Below are positions 52,033-61,853 of a DNA stretch of 64,000 nt, in pieces (position 1 is the stretch's first letter; every line of letters begins with the position of its first letter). A model generated the notes under the pieces. That model was not told where the DNA came from. It did no database searches and saw only the letters and a program-made list of their open reading frames with translations. The stretch spans positions 25,245 to 89,244 of the forward strand of contig CAZNVK010000003.1 in assembly GCA_964576865.1 (NCBI GenBank). Reading direction: 5' to 3'. The position numbers and the translations under genes are program-made. Source of the DNA: an uncultured Candidatus Poseidoniales archaeon. GTDB lineage: Archaea; Thermoplasmatota; Poseidoniia; Poseidoniales; Thalassarchaeaceae.

Positions 52033-53763
52033 ATGCGGATGTCGGAATGGAAATCGCTGACGGTCGCCCAATTGAAGGAAGAACTCGCGAACCGAGGATT
52101 ACCTACGAGCGGGCGCAAGGCAGAACTCGTCGCCCGTCTTGAAGAAGCATCGGCTGAAGCCGAGGTCGAGGCAGCGGTTTTCGACGCAGAATTAGTCGAC
52201 GAGGCAGCCGGATTCGACCCACAACAACTCATCGCGCGCGCTAAGGAATTGCCAGTTCCAGTCCTCGCGGTAATCGGCATCATGCTCGTAGGAACCATGG
52301 GCGGAGCAGTCCTCTACGGAGACGATTTCGTCGATTGGATTCAAGGAACGCCCGATTACGAACTCATCGAGTTCGACCCTGCATCAGCCCGCGGCTTCGC
52401 CCAGAGCCTCGTGGACCTTGGACACCCAGAATGGGAAGGCCGAATGTCGGGCACAGTCGAGGAACACAATACAGCCGAATTCATCAAATCAAATTTCACC
52501 ACAATGGGAATACCATCAACAATCGAGGACTTCGATGTTCCGATGTTCGTCATCGACGAGGAGCCTGAACTCGGAATCTGTCACGCAGGCGATGTCGGCG
52601 AGACATTCCCCGCCTTCGCCTGCGGAACAACCGACGTCAACGCACAGTTCACCGAATTCGAGCACCGTTCCGACTTCGTTCTGCAAGGATACTCTGGCTC
52701 ATCTTTCATCCGCTACGTCGACGATATCGAAGTCGTTGACCTCGGCACGGGCAACGAAAGTGCTGACTGGGCCAGCGCGGCCAGCGCGGTCGCACTAATC
52801 CACATGACCGACCAGACCGAATCGAACACGCCGCTCTTCAAGCGAGCCTCCGAGAACGATGTCTCAGGCCTAATCCTCATCAACGAGCGCCAGAATTGCA
52901 ACGAACTGGTCAGCGGCGACTGCGTGCCTTACTTCAAGTCGGTCGGAATCTCAGAAATCGACAACATTCCGACCGAATTAGGATTCATCATGGTCAGCAA
53001 ATCGGTCGGCCAGACAATCATCGACGAAGTCATCAACGGTGGCGGCCGCCTCCAATTCCTCACCTACGTCGAAAACGCGGGCGAAGCCACCGTCAAAGTA
53101 CCCTGCGGAATCATCCAAGGACAGTCTGACCAACTGATCATCATCGGGGCCCATCACGACACCGTCTACATGGGACAAGGCGCGGTCGACGATACTTCCG
53201 GGACGGCGACCGTGCTCGAGATGGCTCGACAATTCGGACTCATCGAGAGCCAGCTCGGCATCCCAAAACACACCATCTATTTCTGCACCTGGGGAGGCGA
53301 AGAGGAGGGGCTCTTTGGATCGACAGAATGGGTCGATAAGCATCGAAACAACCTCTACGATAACCTTCGACTCTACATCAATCTCGACATGAACCACGTC
53401 GACGCAGAGCGCAACACGGGAGTCACCCTATTCGGCAACCACAAGTCCGACGTCGAGCATATTCAAGGCATCACGGCCAAGTTCAAGCAAGAGCACCCAG
53501 ATCTCGCTGACCGCTACAACATCAACGTTCGACACCTCGCAAATACCGACATGCCCTACAATTCCGACCACGCGCCCTTCGTCTACAACATCGATGAGGA
53601 TGACTCGGACGGTACGAAATATGGTCGAGCCGTAGTTTGCTACGGCTCGGGTTCAACCGAGTATCACACCTATCTCGACGATATGAGCCGATTCAATGAG
53701 GAGAGCCTCGCTGTTTCGGGAATCATCTACGGATCCTTAGTGTACCACCTAGCCTACGCCTAG
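52033..53763 (+). CDS. SAP domain - TM - PA/M28 metallo-aminopeptidase fusion
   Basis: SAP LTVAQLKEEL..RGL..SGRKAELVARL; TM helix; M28 ligands HHDT, GAVDD.SG, EEEGL, NLDM, SDH, YHT. Confidence 0.9.
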   Translation: MRMSEWKSLTVAQLKEELANRGLPTSGRKAELVARLEEASAEAEVEAAVFDAELVDEAAGFDPQQLIARAKELPVPVLAVIGIMLVGTMGGAVLYGDDFVDWIQGTPDYELIEFDPASARGFAQSLVDLGHPEWEGRMSGTVEEHNTAEFIKSNFTTMGIPSTIEDFDVPMFVIDEEPELGICHAGDVGETFPAFACGTTDVNAQFTEFEHRSDFVLQGYSGSSFIRYVDDIEVVDLGTGNESADWASAASAVALIHMTDQTESNTPLFKRASENDVSGLILINERQNCNELVSGDCVPYFKSVGISEIDNIPTELGFIMVSKSVGQTIIDEVINGGGRLQFLTYVENAGEATVKVPCGIIQGQSDQLIIIGAHHDTVYMGQGAVDDTSGTATVLEMARQFGLIESQLGIPKHTIYFCTWGGEEEGLFGSTEWVDKHRNNLYDNLRLYINLDMNHVDAERNTGVTLFGNHKSDVEHIQGITAKFKQEHPDLADRYNINVRHLANTDMPYNSDHAPFVYNIDEDDSDGTKYGRAVVCYGSGSTEYHTYLDDMSRFNEESLAVSGIIYGSLVYHLAYA

Positions 53764-53972
53764 GCCTGATTGAATTAACCTCAATTTCAGTTTCCTCACA
53801 CGGAGAACACTGAGAACACGGCCACCACCCTCCGAGAACACTGCCCGCCCACCACCGAGCGCATATCCGCGTGACTAACTGCTGACTACCGTTCGGTCCC
53901 CCGGAACTGAGAACGAGGTGGAATAGCCGAGCTCGCTCGGCGCTTCGAGGCTGTATCGCCGCTGTGCGGCGT

Positions 53973-54431
53973 TCAAGATTCAAGGTGATTCAAGACAGCT
54001 TCGTAATCTGGCTCGGTTCCCGGGCTCTCGGCGACCCAAGCATAGCTGATTTTTCCGTCAGCCTCGATTACGAAAACAGAGCGCTGCGCCGCTGTGTAAT
54101 CAGGCATAACAAAGGGGATGCCGACACCATAGGCATCGGTTGCGATGCGGTTGGTATCGGAGAGAAGTGGGAAACCGATTTCGTTGGCGTCGGCGAATGC
54201 TGCATTTGCGAAGATGCCGTCAACGGAGACACCGAGAACCTCTGCTTCGGCAGCTTCGAGGCGGTTCATCGAATCGGTAAAGGTGCACATCTCTTTTGTG
54301 CAAACGCCCGTGAAGGCGGCTGGATAGAATAGGAGGACGACTCGGTTGCCGAGTGAATCAGAGAGTCGAACCATCGTCTTGTCAAAAGCCATCAATTCGA
54401 AGTCGGGGGCGTAATCACCTACTGAGACCAT
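53973..54431 (-). CDS. Peroxiredoxin (AhpE/BCP-like)
   Basis: VGDYAPDF, FYPAAFTGVCTKEMC, FPLLSD, RSVFVI. Confidence 0.92.
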   Translation of the reverse strand: MVSVGDYAPDFELMAFDKTMVRLSDSLGNRVVLLFYPAAFTGVCTKEMCTFTDSMNRLEAAEAEVLGVSVDGIFANAAFADANEIGFPLLSDTNRIATDAYGVGIPFVMPDYTAAQRSVFVIEADGKISYAWVAESPGTEPDYEAVLNHLES

Positions 54432-54504
54432 GGGTGGGCGAGGGAATCCCCGTCTTCAACTTCGCGTGGGCTGAATTCCCGACGCTACTGCACAGGGTTA
54501 GGGC

Positions 54505-56238
54505 TCACATGCGCTGCGGCGCTTCGATTCCGAGCAGGTTAAGTCCGGTTTCGAGGGTTCGTGCGGTGAGGTCGCAAAGTGCCAGTCGACTTTCTCTAGT
54601 CATGCCTTCGGAAGTGAGAACTGGACAGGATTCGTAGAATGATGCGAAGGCCTGCGCGATTGCGTGGAGTTGGGTTGCGAGTTTGTGAGGTGAACTGATT
54701 GCGCAGGCTGAGTCGAGCGCTTCTGGGAAGGCGAGCAGGGCTCTGGCGAGGCTCTGTTCGCGCTCGTGTTCGAGCGAGATGTTTGCATCGCGGATTGATT
54801 CTCGCTCGATTCCAGCCTTGGAGAAGATGCTGCAGATGCGAGCGTGGGCGTATTGTAAGTAGGGAGCAGTATTGCCTTCGAAGGAGAGCATCTTCTCCCA
54901 GTCGAATGTGTAATTGTTAGTCCGATCGGTCGAGAGGTCGGCATACTTGACCGAACCGATTCCGAGCATGTGTGCGACCTCGGCTCGCTCGTCTGCTGGG
55001 AGATCTGGGTTCTTCTCGGCGATGATTGCATCAGCCCTCTCGACCGCTTCCACGAGCAGGTCCTTGAGGAGTACCGCACCACCGGTCCTACTCGCCAATT
55101 TCTTGCCGTCTGTGCCCAAGACGAGGCCGAATGGAACATGGATTGCATTCACGGCCTCGTCCATGAAGCCAGCACTTCGCGCAACAGCGAATACCATCGC
55201 GAAGTGTTGAGCCTGTTCGGCGCCGACCACATAGAGGAAATCTCGGCTGCCGACATTGTGTATTCTATCCAAAATGCATGCGAGGTCGCTGGTCGCGTAA
55301 TTGTAGCCGCCATCGGCCTTCTGAATGATGAGAGGTAGCGGCTCGCCCTCACGATTCGTCCAGCCCTCGGGATAGACGACCTTTGCGCCCTCGCTCTCCT
55401 CGAGCAGCCGTGCCTCAGCCAACTTCTCGACGACTCCGGGAAGGGCTGCCTCGTACTTCGATTCGCCAGCCAAATCTTCGTCGGTCAGCAGAACTCCCAT
55501 CATCTGGTAGACATCGTTGAAATGAATCAAGGAGCGGTCGACAAGCATCTGCCAATGAGCGATGGTTTCGGGTTCGTTAGCCTGCATGCGCACAACCCGC
55601 TTGCGCGAACGGTCGGCGAAGGCAGCATCGGAATCGAACTTGGCTCGAGCATCGGAGTAGAAATTACCCAAGTGAATCTGCTCAGCTGGAGTATCGACAC
55701 CAATATCGATCAGATGCTCAATCAGCATCCCGAATGGAGTCCCCCAATCTCCGACATGATTCTCAGCAACGACCCGATGTCCTTTGTGAGTCAGCATGCG
55801 GTTCAGGGCATCACCGATCACCGTCGAGCGAAGATGACCGACGTGCATGTGCTTTGCAACATTCGGCGATGAGTAATCTATGACGATTACTCGTGAATCC
55901 TCCGTCTCGACGCGCAGCCGCTCATCGCCCAGCGCGTCCTGCATCCGCATTGCCAGCCATTCTGGATCTGCGGTGAAATTCAGAAAACCATTCACAGAAC
56001 TTACCGAGCACAGCCCAGCCGTGCTCGATCCCAGCGACGCCAGCACATCATCAGAAATCGCCGCTGGCGCCTTCCGCAGCTCTCGTGCCAGCGAATGACA
56101 CGGCATTGCGACATCAGCAAAGGCCGAATCTGTCGAATCGGCCAGCAGCCCCAACCAGTCAGCCTCAGCCACATCGAGGTCACTCATCGCAAGTGTCAGG
56201 TGCGAGCGAAGTGCTGTAACCAGATCGCGCATTTCCAT
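54505..56238 (-). CDS. argS: Arginine--tRNA ligase
   Basis: DYSSPNVAK, HVGHLRS, GDWG, Y.TSDLA, KLASR, GNTAPYLQYAHAR. Confidence 0.96.
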   Translation of the reverse strand: MEMRDLVTALRSHLTLAMSDLDVAEADWLGLLADSTDSAFADVAMPCHSLARELRKAPAAISDDVLASLGSSTAGLCSVSSVNGFLNFTADPEWLAMRMQDALGDERLRVETEDSRVIVIDYSSPNVAKHMHVGHLRSTVIGDALNRMLTHKGHRVVAENHVGDWGTPFGMLIEHLIDIGVDTPAEQIHLGNFYSDARAKFDSDAAFADRSRKRVVRMQANEPETIAHWQMLVDRSLIHFNDVYQMMGVLLTDEDLAGESKYEAALPGVVEKLAEARLLEESEGAKVVYPEGWTNREGEPLPLIIQKADGGYNYATSDLACILDRIHNVGSRDFLYVVGAEQAQHFAMVFAVARSAGFMDEAVNAIHVPFGLVLGTDGKKLASRTGGAVLLKDLLVEAVERADAIIAEKNPDLPADERAEVAHMLGIGSVKYADLSTDRTNNYTFDWEKMLSFEGNTAPYLQYAHARICSIFSKAGIERESIRDANISLEHEREQSLARALLAFPEALDSACAISSPHKLATQLHAIAQAFASFYESCPVLTSEGMTRESRLALCDLTARTLETGLNLLGIEAPQRM

Positions 56239-56242
56239 CACC

Positions 56243-57490
56243 TCAAGTTAGAGAATACCTCAGCAGTGCGGCGATTCCGCCAAAAGAAGTCATCAGGGTA
56301 GCGCCCTCTTCGGTATCGAGAGAAATGAGGCTCACCTTCGAAGAGGTGTGTCCAGCGAGAAGCGTCAACTCATCGATCATATCCATTGTCCGGTCGGGGT
56401 CTTCACGCACATCTTCCGAGCCGCACTTGGGACAATCCGGCACATCCGAGCGGCTCGTCTGAGTCGATTCCCACTGATGTGAACACGACTTGCAATCCCA
56501 ACCGACACGGCGCTTGCGCAGTCCCTCCGACAATAGCAGAGTATCGACAGCCCCCTGCTCGAGAGCCGACCGAATCATCATCTCACCATAGGTCGCCTTC
56601 GGGTGCGCTTGCATAACCTCGCGCAGGAATCTGTCGACCAGAGCGCGCTCCGCGTCGAGTTCGATCTGATCCATCAGAGTGCCAGCCCTCTGGACCAATT
56701 CTCGCAAACCACTTTCGTTGGAATAACCGACGTCGAAGTGGGGCTCACGGACCAATTTCTTAATCTCGTGATGGAAGTAGTCATTCTTCGCAACGAAGTC
56801 CTTGGTGTGGCCAGGTCCGCCGATGATGATTCCTTGTAGGTCCTCGAGCATGGGCAGCCAGTAATTGCAAGCATGCTCGGTCGCTCGCTTGAAGAAATTG
56901 TGCGCAGCCTCCTCGATAAGTCGCTCGAATCGCTGCGCCGATTGACCACCTTGCCGATGCTTACCCATGATATTGCTCTGGAGTTCCTCTTGGCAGTGAA
57001 TTCGCTTGCCGCTGGCGATTCCATAAGCTGCTTCACCACGGTCGATGACAAAGAGTCCGTAGGCTGTTTTGTCGATCAGCATGTCCTCAAGTTGGGTGAG
57101 TTCGAAGGTCGAATCGCAGCGGTAACGGAAGGAGGTGAATGCTTCTGGTGCGTCGTCGATGACTACCGTAACCAACCTGGTCTTGTTATTGCCCACGATA
57201 ACGTGTCCAACGAAAATGGCTAGGCCAGTCTCACCTGCGTTCTTGTAGCGATTGAGAACTGCTATTCCCGACTCGATGGCATCGGCTACGTGCTTTCGAG
57301 TCGACTTCGACTTGATATTGGCAGCTTGGGCTGCCTCCTGACCGAGTTGGCCGCGGACATCGCTTATCAGTCGGTCTGGTGGGATGATTACTGTGACCAA
57401 CTCGGTGCCCATGCCGCGCATACCCTGAAGCTCCTCGAGGGTCTTCTTGGTGCGCAGCCTTCGCTGTTGCATCTCCAAGTCATCAGCCAT
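56243..57490 (-). CDS. prf1: Archaeal peptide chain release factor aRF1
   Basis: GTELVT, NIKS, YRCD, GGQSAQRFER, C-terminal Zn finger. Confidence 0.97.
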   Translation of the reverse strand: MADDLEMQQRRLRTKKTLEELQGMRGMGTELVTVIIPPDRLISDVRGQLGQEAAQAANIKSKSTRKHVADAIESGIAVLNRYKNAGETGLAIFVGHVIVGNNKTRLVTVVIDDAPEAFTSFRYRCDSTFELTQLEDMLIDKTAYGLFVIDRGEAAYGIASGKRIHCQEELQSNIMGKHRQGGQSAQRFERLIEEAAHNFFKRATEHACNYWLPMLEDLQGIIIGGPGHTKDFVAKNDYFHHEIKKLVREPHFDVGYSNESGLRELVQRAGTLMDQIELDAERALVDRFLREVMQAHPKATYGEMMIRSALEQGAVDTLLLSEGLRKRRVGWDCKSCSHQWESTQTSRSDVPDCPKCGSEDVREDPDRTMDMIDELTLLAGHTSSKVSLISLDTEEGATLMTSFGGIAALLRYSLT

Positions 57491-57590
57491 GGCAAAGCCT
57501 CCGTGTTCAAGGCCGCGGTGAGCGGCATTTCAACCCTCTCGCGCGTATCTTGCGAAGGCATTGAAAGGGGCACTCATCCCCGAATGCACG

Positions 57591-58301
57591 ATGGCGACCA
57601 TCGTTCTGGCGCTCGGAGGCAGTCTGCTTCGGCCCGAGGTCGAAGAGCGACACGCTTGGTTAGAGGAGCTGGTCGGCATCGTGCGCGACCGTGTAAATGT
57701 CGACGATCGGATCGGGATTGTGGTCGGTGGCGGCGCGCCCGCGCGGGAGGGGATCGAGTTGGCGCGGCCGATCGTCGATAGCGAGGATAGGCTCGATCGG
57801 ATCGGCATCGCTGCGACTCGCCTGAACGCGACAATGGTCCGCGAGGCGCTTGCCGATGCCGGCGTCTCGGTCGCCGGCACCATCCCTCACTCGGTGAACG
57901 AGGCATCGATGCTATTCGACGAGAGACCGGTCGTGGTCATGGGTGGAACCACTCCGGGACACACGACCGACGCGGTCGCAATCCGCCTGGCCATCGCCAG
58001 CGGTGCCGACCGCTGCATCATCGGAACAAATGTCGATCGGGTCTACGATTCAGACCCGCGAACAGACCCGAATGCCCGCGCTCATGATTCCCTTACCCAC
58101 GAGGAATTGCAAGATATCGTCGGCCCAGCCGAACATAAGCGCGCTGGCCCATCCGGCGTCGTCGACCCAATGGGAGTAGCCGACGCCGCCCAAGCGAGGA
58201 TGACCCTATGCATCCTCGACGGACGCGACCCCGCGCTCATCCGATCCGCAATCGAAGGCGAGCCTTTCGAGGGCACCGTGGTCGAGTCCGAAGAAGAATG
58301 A
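57591..58301 (+). CDS. pyrH: UMP kinase (archaeal type)
   Basis: LGGS, VVGGG..AR, D.IGI.ATRLNA, GGTTPGHTTDAVA, YDSDP. Confidence 0.93.
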   Translation: MATIVLALGGSLLRPEVEERHAWLEELVGIVRDRVNVDDRIGIVVGGGAPAREGIELARPIVDSEDRLDRIGIAATRLNATMVREALADAGVSVAGTIPHSVNEASMLFDERPVVVMGGTTPGHTTDAVAIRLAIASGADRCIIGTNVDRVYDSDPRTDPNARAHDSLTHEELQDIVGPAEHKRAGPSGVVDPMGVADAAQARMTLCILDGRDPALIRSAIEGEPFEGTVVESEEE

Positions 58302-58322
58302 ACTAATCGAGAGGAATTTTGC

Positions 58323-58622
58323 ATGAGCCGCAAGGACCGCATCGCAAAGGCCGCAACCAGAACAGCGGCTCAAGCCAGAGATACGGCCGCGCGCGAGCGC
58401 GGCCGAAACAAACGCTCCACCTCCGCATCTGGAGTCAGCCCCCACAGACACTGCACGGTCTGCTGGGCACCCATCCCGCTCAAGGCAGACCCGCCGGTCT
58501 GTTCTGACGAGGAGTGTGAGGCTACGCACGAGAAGCGAGAAGGTTCGCGCAAGCGTTTGACGATCATGCTCTACCTATTCCCAGCCATCGCGATTCTATG
58601 GGTACTTCTCTCATTGATTTGA
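58323..58622 (+). CDS. DUF2116-like Zn-ribbon membrane protein
   Basis: PHRHCTVC.APIP....CS.EC followed by a C-terminal TM helix; pyrH-adjacent. Confidence 0.8.
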   Translation: MSRKDRIAKAATRTAAQARDTAARERGRNKRSTSASGVSPHRHCTVCWAPIPLKADPPVCSDEECEATHEKREGSRKRLTIMLYLFPAIAILWVLLSLI

Positions 58623-58670
58623 CGGCGAAGCAGCGTCAGGTTCAACACTCAGCGTCCCGGAGCAATCGGC

Positions 58671-59255
58671 ATGAAGATGGTCCGTGTCCTCGGCGTTCTG
58701 CCCGGATTCGTTGGATTCATTTGTCTGATTTTACTCACCACGAGTCTTGTTGGAATCGAACTCGATTCGACTCGCGTCGACGCGACAACCGTCCCTTGTC
58801 TCGATGATGATGCGGGCGGCTGTCCGGTCGGAATGACCGGTTCTGATTTCCACGTCCCCTGGGGATTCAGTTTGCTCGATGTTCAGGTGAATATCGAATG
58901 GAGCGAGCCGGGTAAGGCTTGGATCGGCGTTGTTGATGCAAAATACGCCGATGTCTGTCCGCCTGATTCCAATGGTCTGACGACTTGCGAGGCGGACGAC
59001 TTCGAATTCGTGGCTGGCGGGCCAGACCACGATGATGAGTTCACTTTCTCGCTCGAGCCGGGCGATTACCGCTTCACCAGCGCGGGTCGAGACGGCTCTA
59101 ACCTGGATGATCAATTGGTCACCATCAGCACGACGATTCACATTTCCTTCGTCGGAGAAGTTCTCTTGGGACTCGTCGGGATTCTTCTGATGATTGGCGC
59201 GATTGAGATGATCTATCCTATCAAACTCTTCTGGAAGAAATTCGTAGAAGCTTGA
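58671..59255 (+). CDS. Hypothetical membrane protein (two TM helices flanking an acidic, Cys-containing domain)
   Basis: N- and C-terminal hydrophobic helices. Confidence 0.7.
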   Translation: MKMVRVLGVLPGFVGFICLILLTTSLVGIELDSTRVDATTVPCLDDDAGGCPVGMTGSDFHVPWGFSLLDVQVNIEWSEPGKAWIGVVDAKYADVCPPDSNGLTTCEADDFEFVAGGPDHDDEFTFSLEPGDYRFTSAGRDGSNLDDQLVTISTTIHISFVGEVLLGLVGILLMIGAIEMIYPIKLFWKKFVEA

Positions 59256-59393
59256 AGCCTGTTCGTTAGACTCCCACAACGAACACCGAGCCCACAACGA
59301 GCGAAATTTCATGGCGAACGATGCGAGCGTTGTGGGGGGAAATTCAACAGCGGGAGTCGGCGTTTTTTTGAACCGAAGCACGGTGGAGAGAGC

Positions 59394-59513
59394 ATGGCAG
59401 TAACCGAGTGTCGATCTTGCGGTGCTGAGATTCGCGGTGAGGGACTTCCACCCTCCTTCGGCGGTTACAATGTATTCTGCGTCACCTGCGGAGCACAATT
59501 CCGAGTCGACTGA
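59394..59513 (+). CDS. Small zinc-ribbon protein (39 aa); missing from the ORF track
   Basis: MAVTECRSCGAEIRGEGLPPSFGGYNVFCVTCGAQFRVD; two CxxCG motifs; T-rich TATA-like box at 59363-59372. Confidence 0.7.
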   Translation: MAVTECRSCGAEIRGEGLPPSFGGYNVFCVTCGAQFRVD

Positions 59514-59533
59514 ATAGCGCGAAAACGCCTCAC

Positions 59534-60664
59534 TCAGCGCTTATCCGCACGCTTTCTCTTCGGCTTGGGTGCGTAGCGCATCGCTGCTTCCCTGCGGGCT
59601 TCAATCTCTTCTGGCGAGCCGATTGGCTCGATCTCCTCCACCTCGCGATGCCAAGTCTCTGGTAGAGCGAGGGGGTCGGTTACCTCGTCGGCCTTGATCG
59701 ACTCGATGAGCAGGCTGCGTAACTCTTCGATACCTTCGCCCGAATGCGAACTGATTCGGAAGGCATCGCTGTCCTCGAGAGGTTCGTAGAGGTCAGACTT
59801 TGAGTGAACGACGAGCAGTGGGCGCTCGGCCAATAGGTCTCGGACTTCACCGAATAGATGCTCTTGGTCGGCGAGGCTCATCCCACTGTTCCCAGAGGGG
59901 TCGATGAGAAAGAGAACGAGGTCGCCGACATTCTCGAGGGCAGCGATGGCCTGCATCTCTATCTGATTACGGTCAGCCATCGGCCGGTCGAGAAGACCGG
60001 GCGTGTCGACCAACTGGTAGGTGCGTCTGCGGTGCTCAAAGTGCCCTACGTGCAGGCGCTTGGTGGTGAATGGGTAAGCGGCTACCTCAGGTTCGCCGCT
60101 GGATAACTCAGTGATGAGGGCAGATTTGCCTACGTTGGGGGCTCCGGCGACCACGATGCAGGGTTCGGCAGCGTCAATTGAGGGCAATTGGCGGAGGATA
60201 AGTCGTGCCTCACCCAACCAGAGGATGTTCTCACCGATTTGCTCGATGATACTCGACATTCGGCCGTAGGCGTGACGGCGCTCGGCGTGAAATGGCTCGA
60301 TAGCACGAAATTTCATCATCCGCGATTGAGATTCTCCGGCAATCTTGCGGACCCTTTCTGCAGCCCATTGAATCGCGCCGAGATTCTTGCGGAATTCATC
60401 GGCGCCGACCGCCGCATCCACCAATGCCTGGTCGAATGGCGATTGAGCGTTCAGACTCGGCCATTGGTCGACCCACTTCAGGAGAGTATCAGCGATGGTG
60501 TCTGAGGCAGTCTGAATCATCCGATTCATCTGCTTGCGTACCCGATGATACTTGTCTGGGTCCTCGACGAGGTCGGATTGCTTGCTGGCTCGTCGGAAGG
60601 CTTTGTCCAGAACCTCTTGCGGATACAGGACCGTCGGGATTCTTCGCCACTCAACCGAAGCCAT
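59534..60664 (-). CDS. NOG1-family GTPase
   Basis: RIPTV...LDKAFRRA, GAPNVGKS, YPFTT, DTPGLLDR, SKSD. Confidence 0.94.
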   Translation of the reverse strand: MASVEWRRIPTVLYPQEVLDKAFRRASKQSDLVEDPDKYHRVRKQMNRMIQTASDTIADTLLKWVDQWPSLNAQSPFDQALVDAAVGADEFRKNLGAIQWAAERVRKIAGESQSRMMKFRAIEPFHAERRHAYGRMSSIIEQIGENILWLGEARLILRQLPSIDAAEPCIVVAGAPNVGKSALITELSSGEPEVAAYPFTTKRLHVGHFEHRRRTYQLVDTPGLLDRPMADRNQIEMQAIAALENVGDLVLFLIDPSGNSGMSLADQEHLFGEVRDLLAERPLLVVHSKSDLYEPLEDSDAFRISSHSGEGIEELRSLLIESIKADEVTDPLALPETWHREVEEIEPIGSPEEIEARREAAMRYAPKPKRKRADKR

Positions 60665-60743
60665 GACCTCGCCTCCGTTCAAGCGGCCGCGCCCATCCTT
60701 CTTCAATCAGCGTGCTTTTCTATGACGCCGTCCACGCCACCCC

Positions 60744-61199
60744 ATGACCGGCGAACGCCGCGGTAAGCGAATCGCTGACCTACCCGACTGGGCAAGGCAA
60801 ATTGCAGAGAATTATGGGGTGAAAGAACTCGAGGGTACAGGCGATGTTTTCTTCGGTCCGCTGATTGACCGTCGCAGCGGATTACGCAAGGACGACCTCA
60901 TCGAATTGCTGATCGATGCCCGCGCACTACGAGCCGATGACGACCCTTGGGTGCGCGGCATGTTGCTCGCCACTTCACGCAACGCGGTAGAGATGCTCGA
61001 CGCGGACGGACAGTACCGCTCCATCGCCCGCGACGTCATAGTCGAGGTTCGATTGGTCACCCACCTTCGTAAGCCCTACATCGAGGACGACGAACTCTTG
61101 ACCTTTGAGAAGGAGGACATGCGGCGGCGCTCGAATGTACACGAGCAAGCCGAGCGCCAAGCCGATGGCGGCTCTGATGATAGCCACCTATGGGGCTGA
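60744..61199 (+). CDS. Hypothetical protein, possible Sm-like beta-barrel
   Basis: IELLI...VRGMLL...VEML...SIARDVIVEV pattern; first gene of a 4-gene run. Confidence 0.65.
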   Translation: MTGERRGKRIADLPDWARQIAENYGVKELEGTGDVFFGPLIDRRSGLRKDDLIELLIDARALRADDDPWVRGMLLATSRNAVEMLDADGQYRSIARDVIVEVRLVTHLRKPYIEDDELLTFEKEDMRRRSNVHEQAERQADGGSDDSHLWG

Positions 61200-61202
61200 A
61201 CG

Positions 61203-61529
61203 ATGTCAGACCTTGCGAGCCGTGAGTGCATTCCCTGCAAGGGGGATGTACCACCGATGAGTGCGCAGGAGGCAGAGGCAATGCGAGGCCAAGTGCACGG
61301 GGATTGGGATGTGGTGAACGGCCACCATCTGCAGCGTGTCTGGGCCTTTCGAGATTTCCAATCAGCCCTAAATTTCGTCAATGCGGCCGGAGCGATTTGC
61401 GAGGAACAGGGTCACCACGCGGACTTCGAATTCGGCTGGGGCCTAGTCAAGGCACTAATCTGGACTCACAAGATTGACGGGCTGACCGAATCTGACTTCA
61501 TTCTGGCTGCCAAATTCGACGCAATCTGA
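61203..61529 (+). CDS. phhB: Pterin-4-alpha-carbinolamine dehydratase
   Basis: F.DFQSALNFVN, EEQGHH, WTHKIDGLTESDFILAAK. Confidence 0.93.
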   Translation: MSDLASRECIPCKGDVPPMSAQEAEAMRGQVHGDWDVVNGHHLQRVWAFRDFQSALNFVNAAGAICEEQGHHADFEFGWGLVKALIWTHKIDGLTESDFILAAKFDAI

Positions 61530-61538
61530 GGTGAAAAG

Positions 61539-61853
61539 ATGCCTGAGGATTTCCGTCTGCACGCATTCGTCTGCACAAATCAGCGCGACCCGAGCAAACC
61601 GCGAGAATGCTGTGCTGCGAAGAATTCACTCGATGTGATGACGCGGTTGAAGCGGGCTGCTCGCGCAGCGGGAATCAAGGATGTTCGAGTAAACAAGGCA
61701 GGTTGTCTGGACCGCTGTGAACAAGGCATCAGTTGTGTGGTTTACCCGGATGGAATCTGGTACACCATTCCTGACGACGATGTAGCGATAGCACGCATCG
61801 TCGAACACTTCACCGGCGGTGAGCCCGCGAGTGAATATTTGATGGGTGATTGA
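61539..61853 (+). CDS. Thioredoxin-like [2Fe-2S] ferredoxin
   Basis: HAFVCTNQR...CC, RVNKAGCLDRC..G...VVYPDGIWY; GAGGTGA SD upstream. Confidence 0.92.
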   Translation: MPEDFRLHAFVCTNQRDPSKPRECCAAKNSLDVMTRLKRAARAAGIKDVRVNKAGCLDRCEQGISCVVYPDGIWYTIPDDDVAIARIVEHFTGGEPASEYLMGD

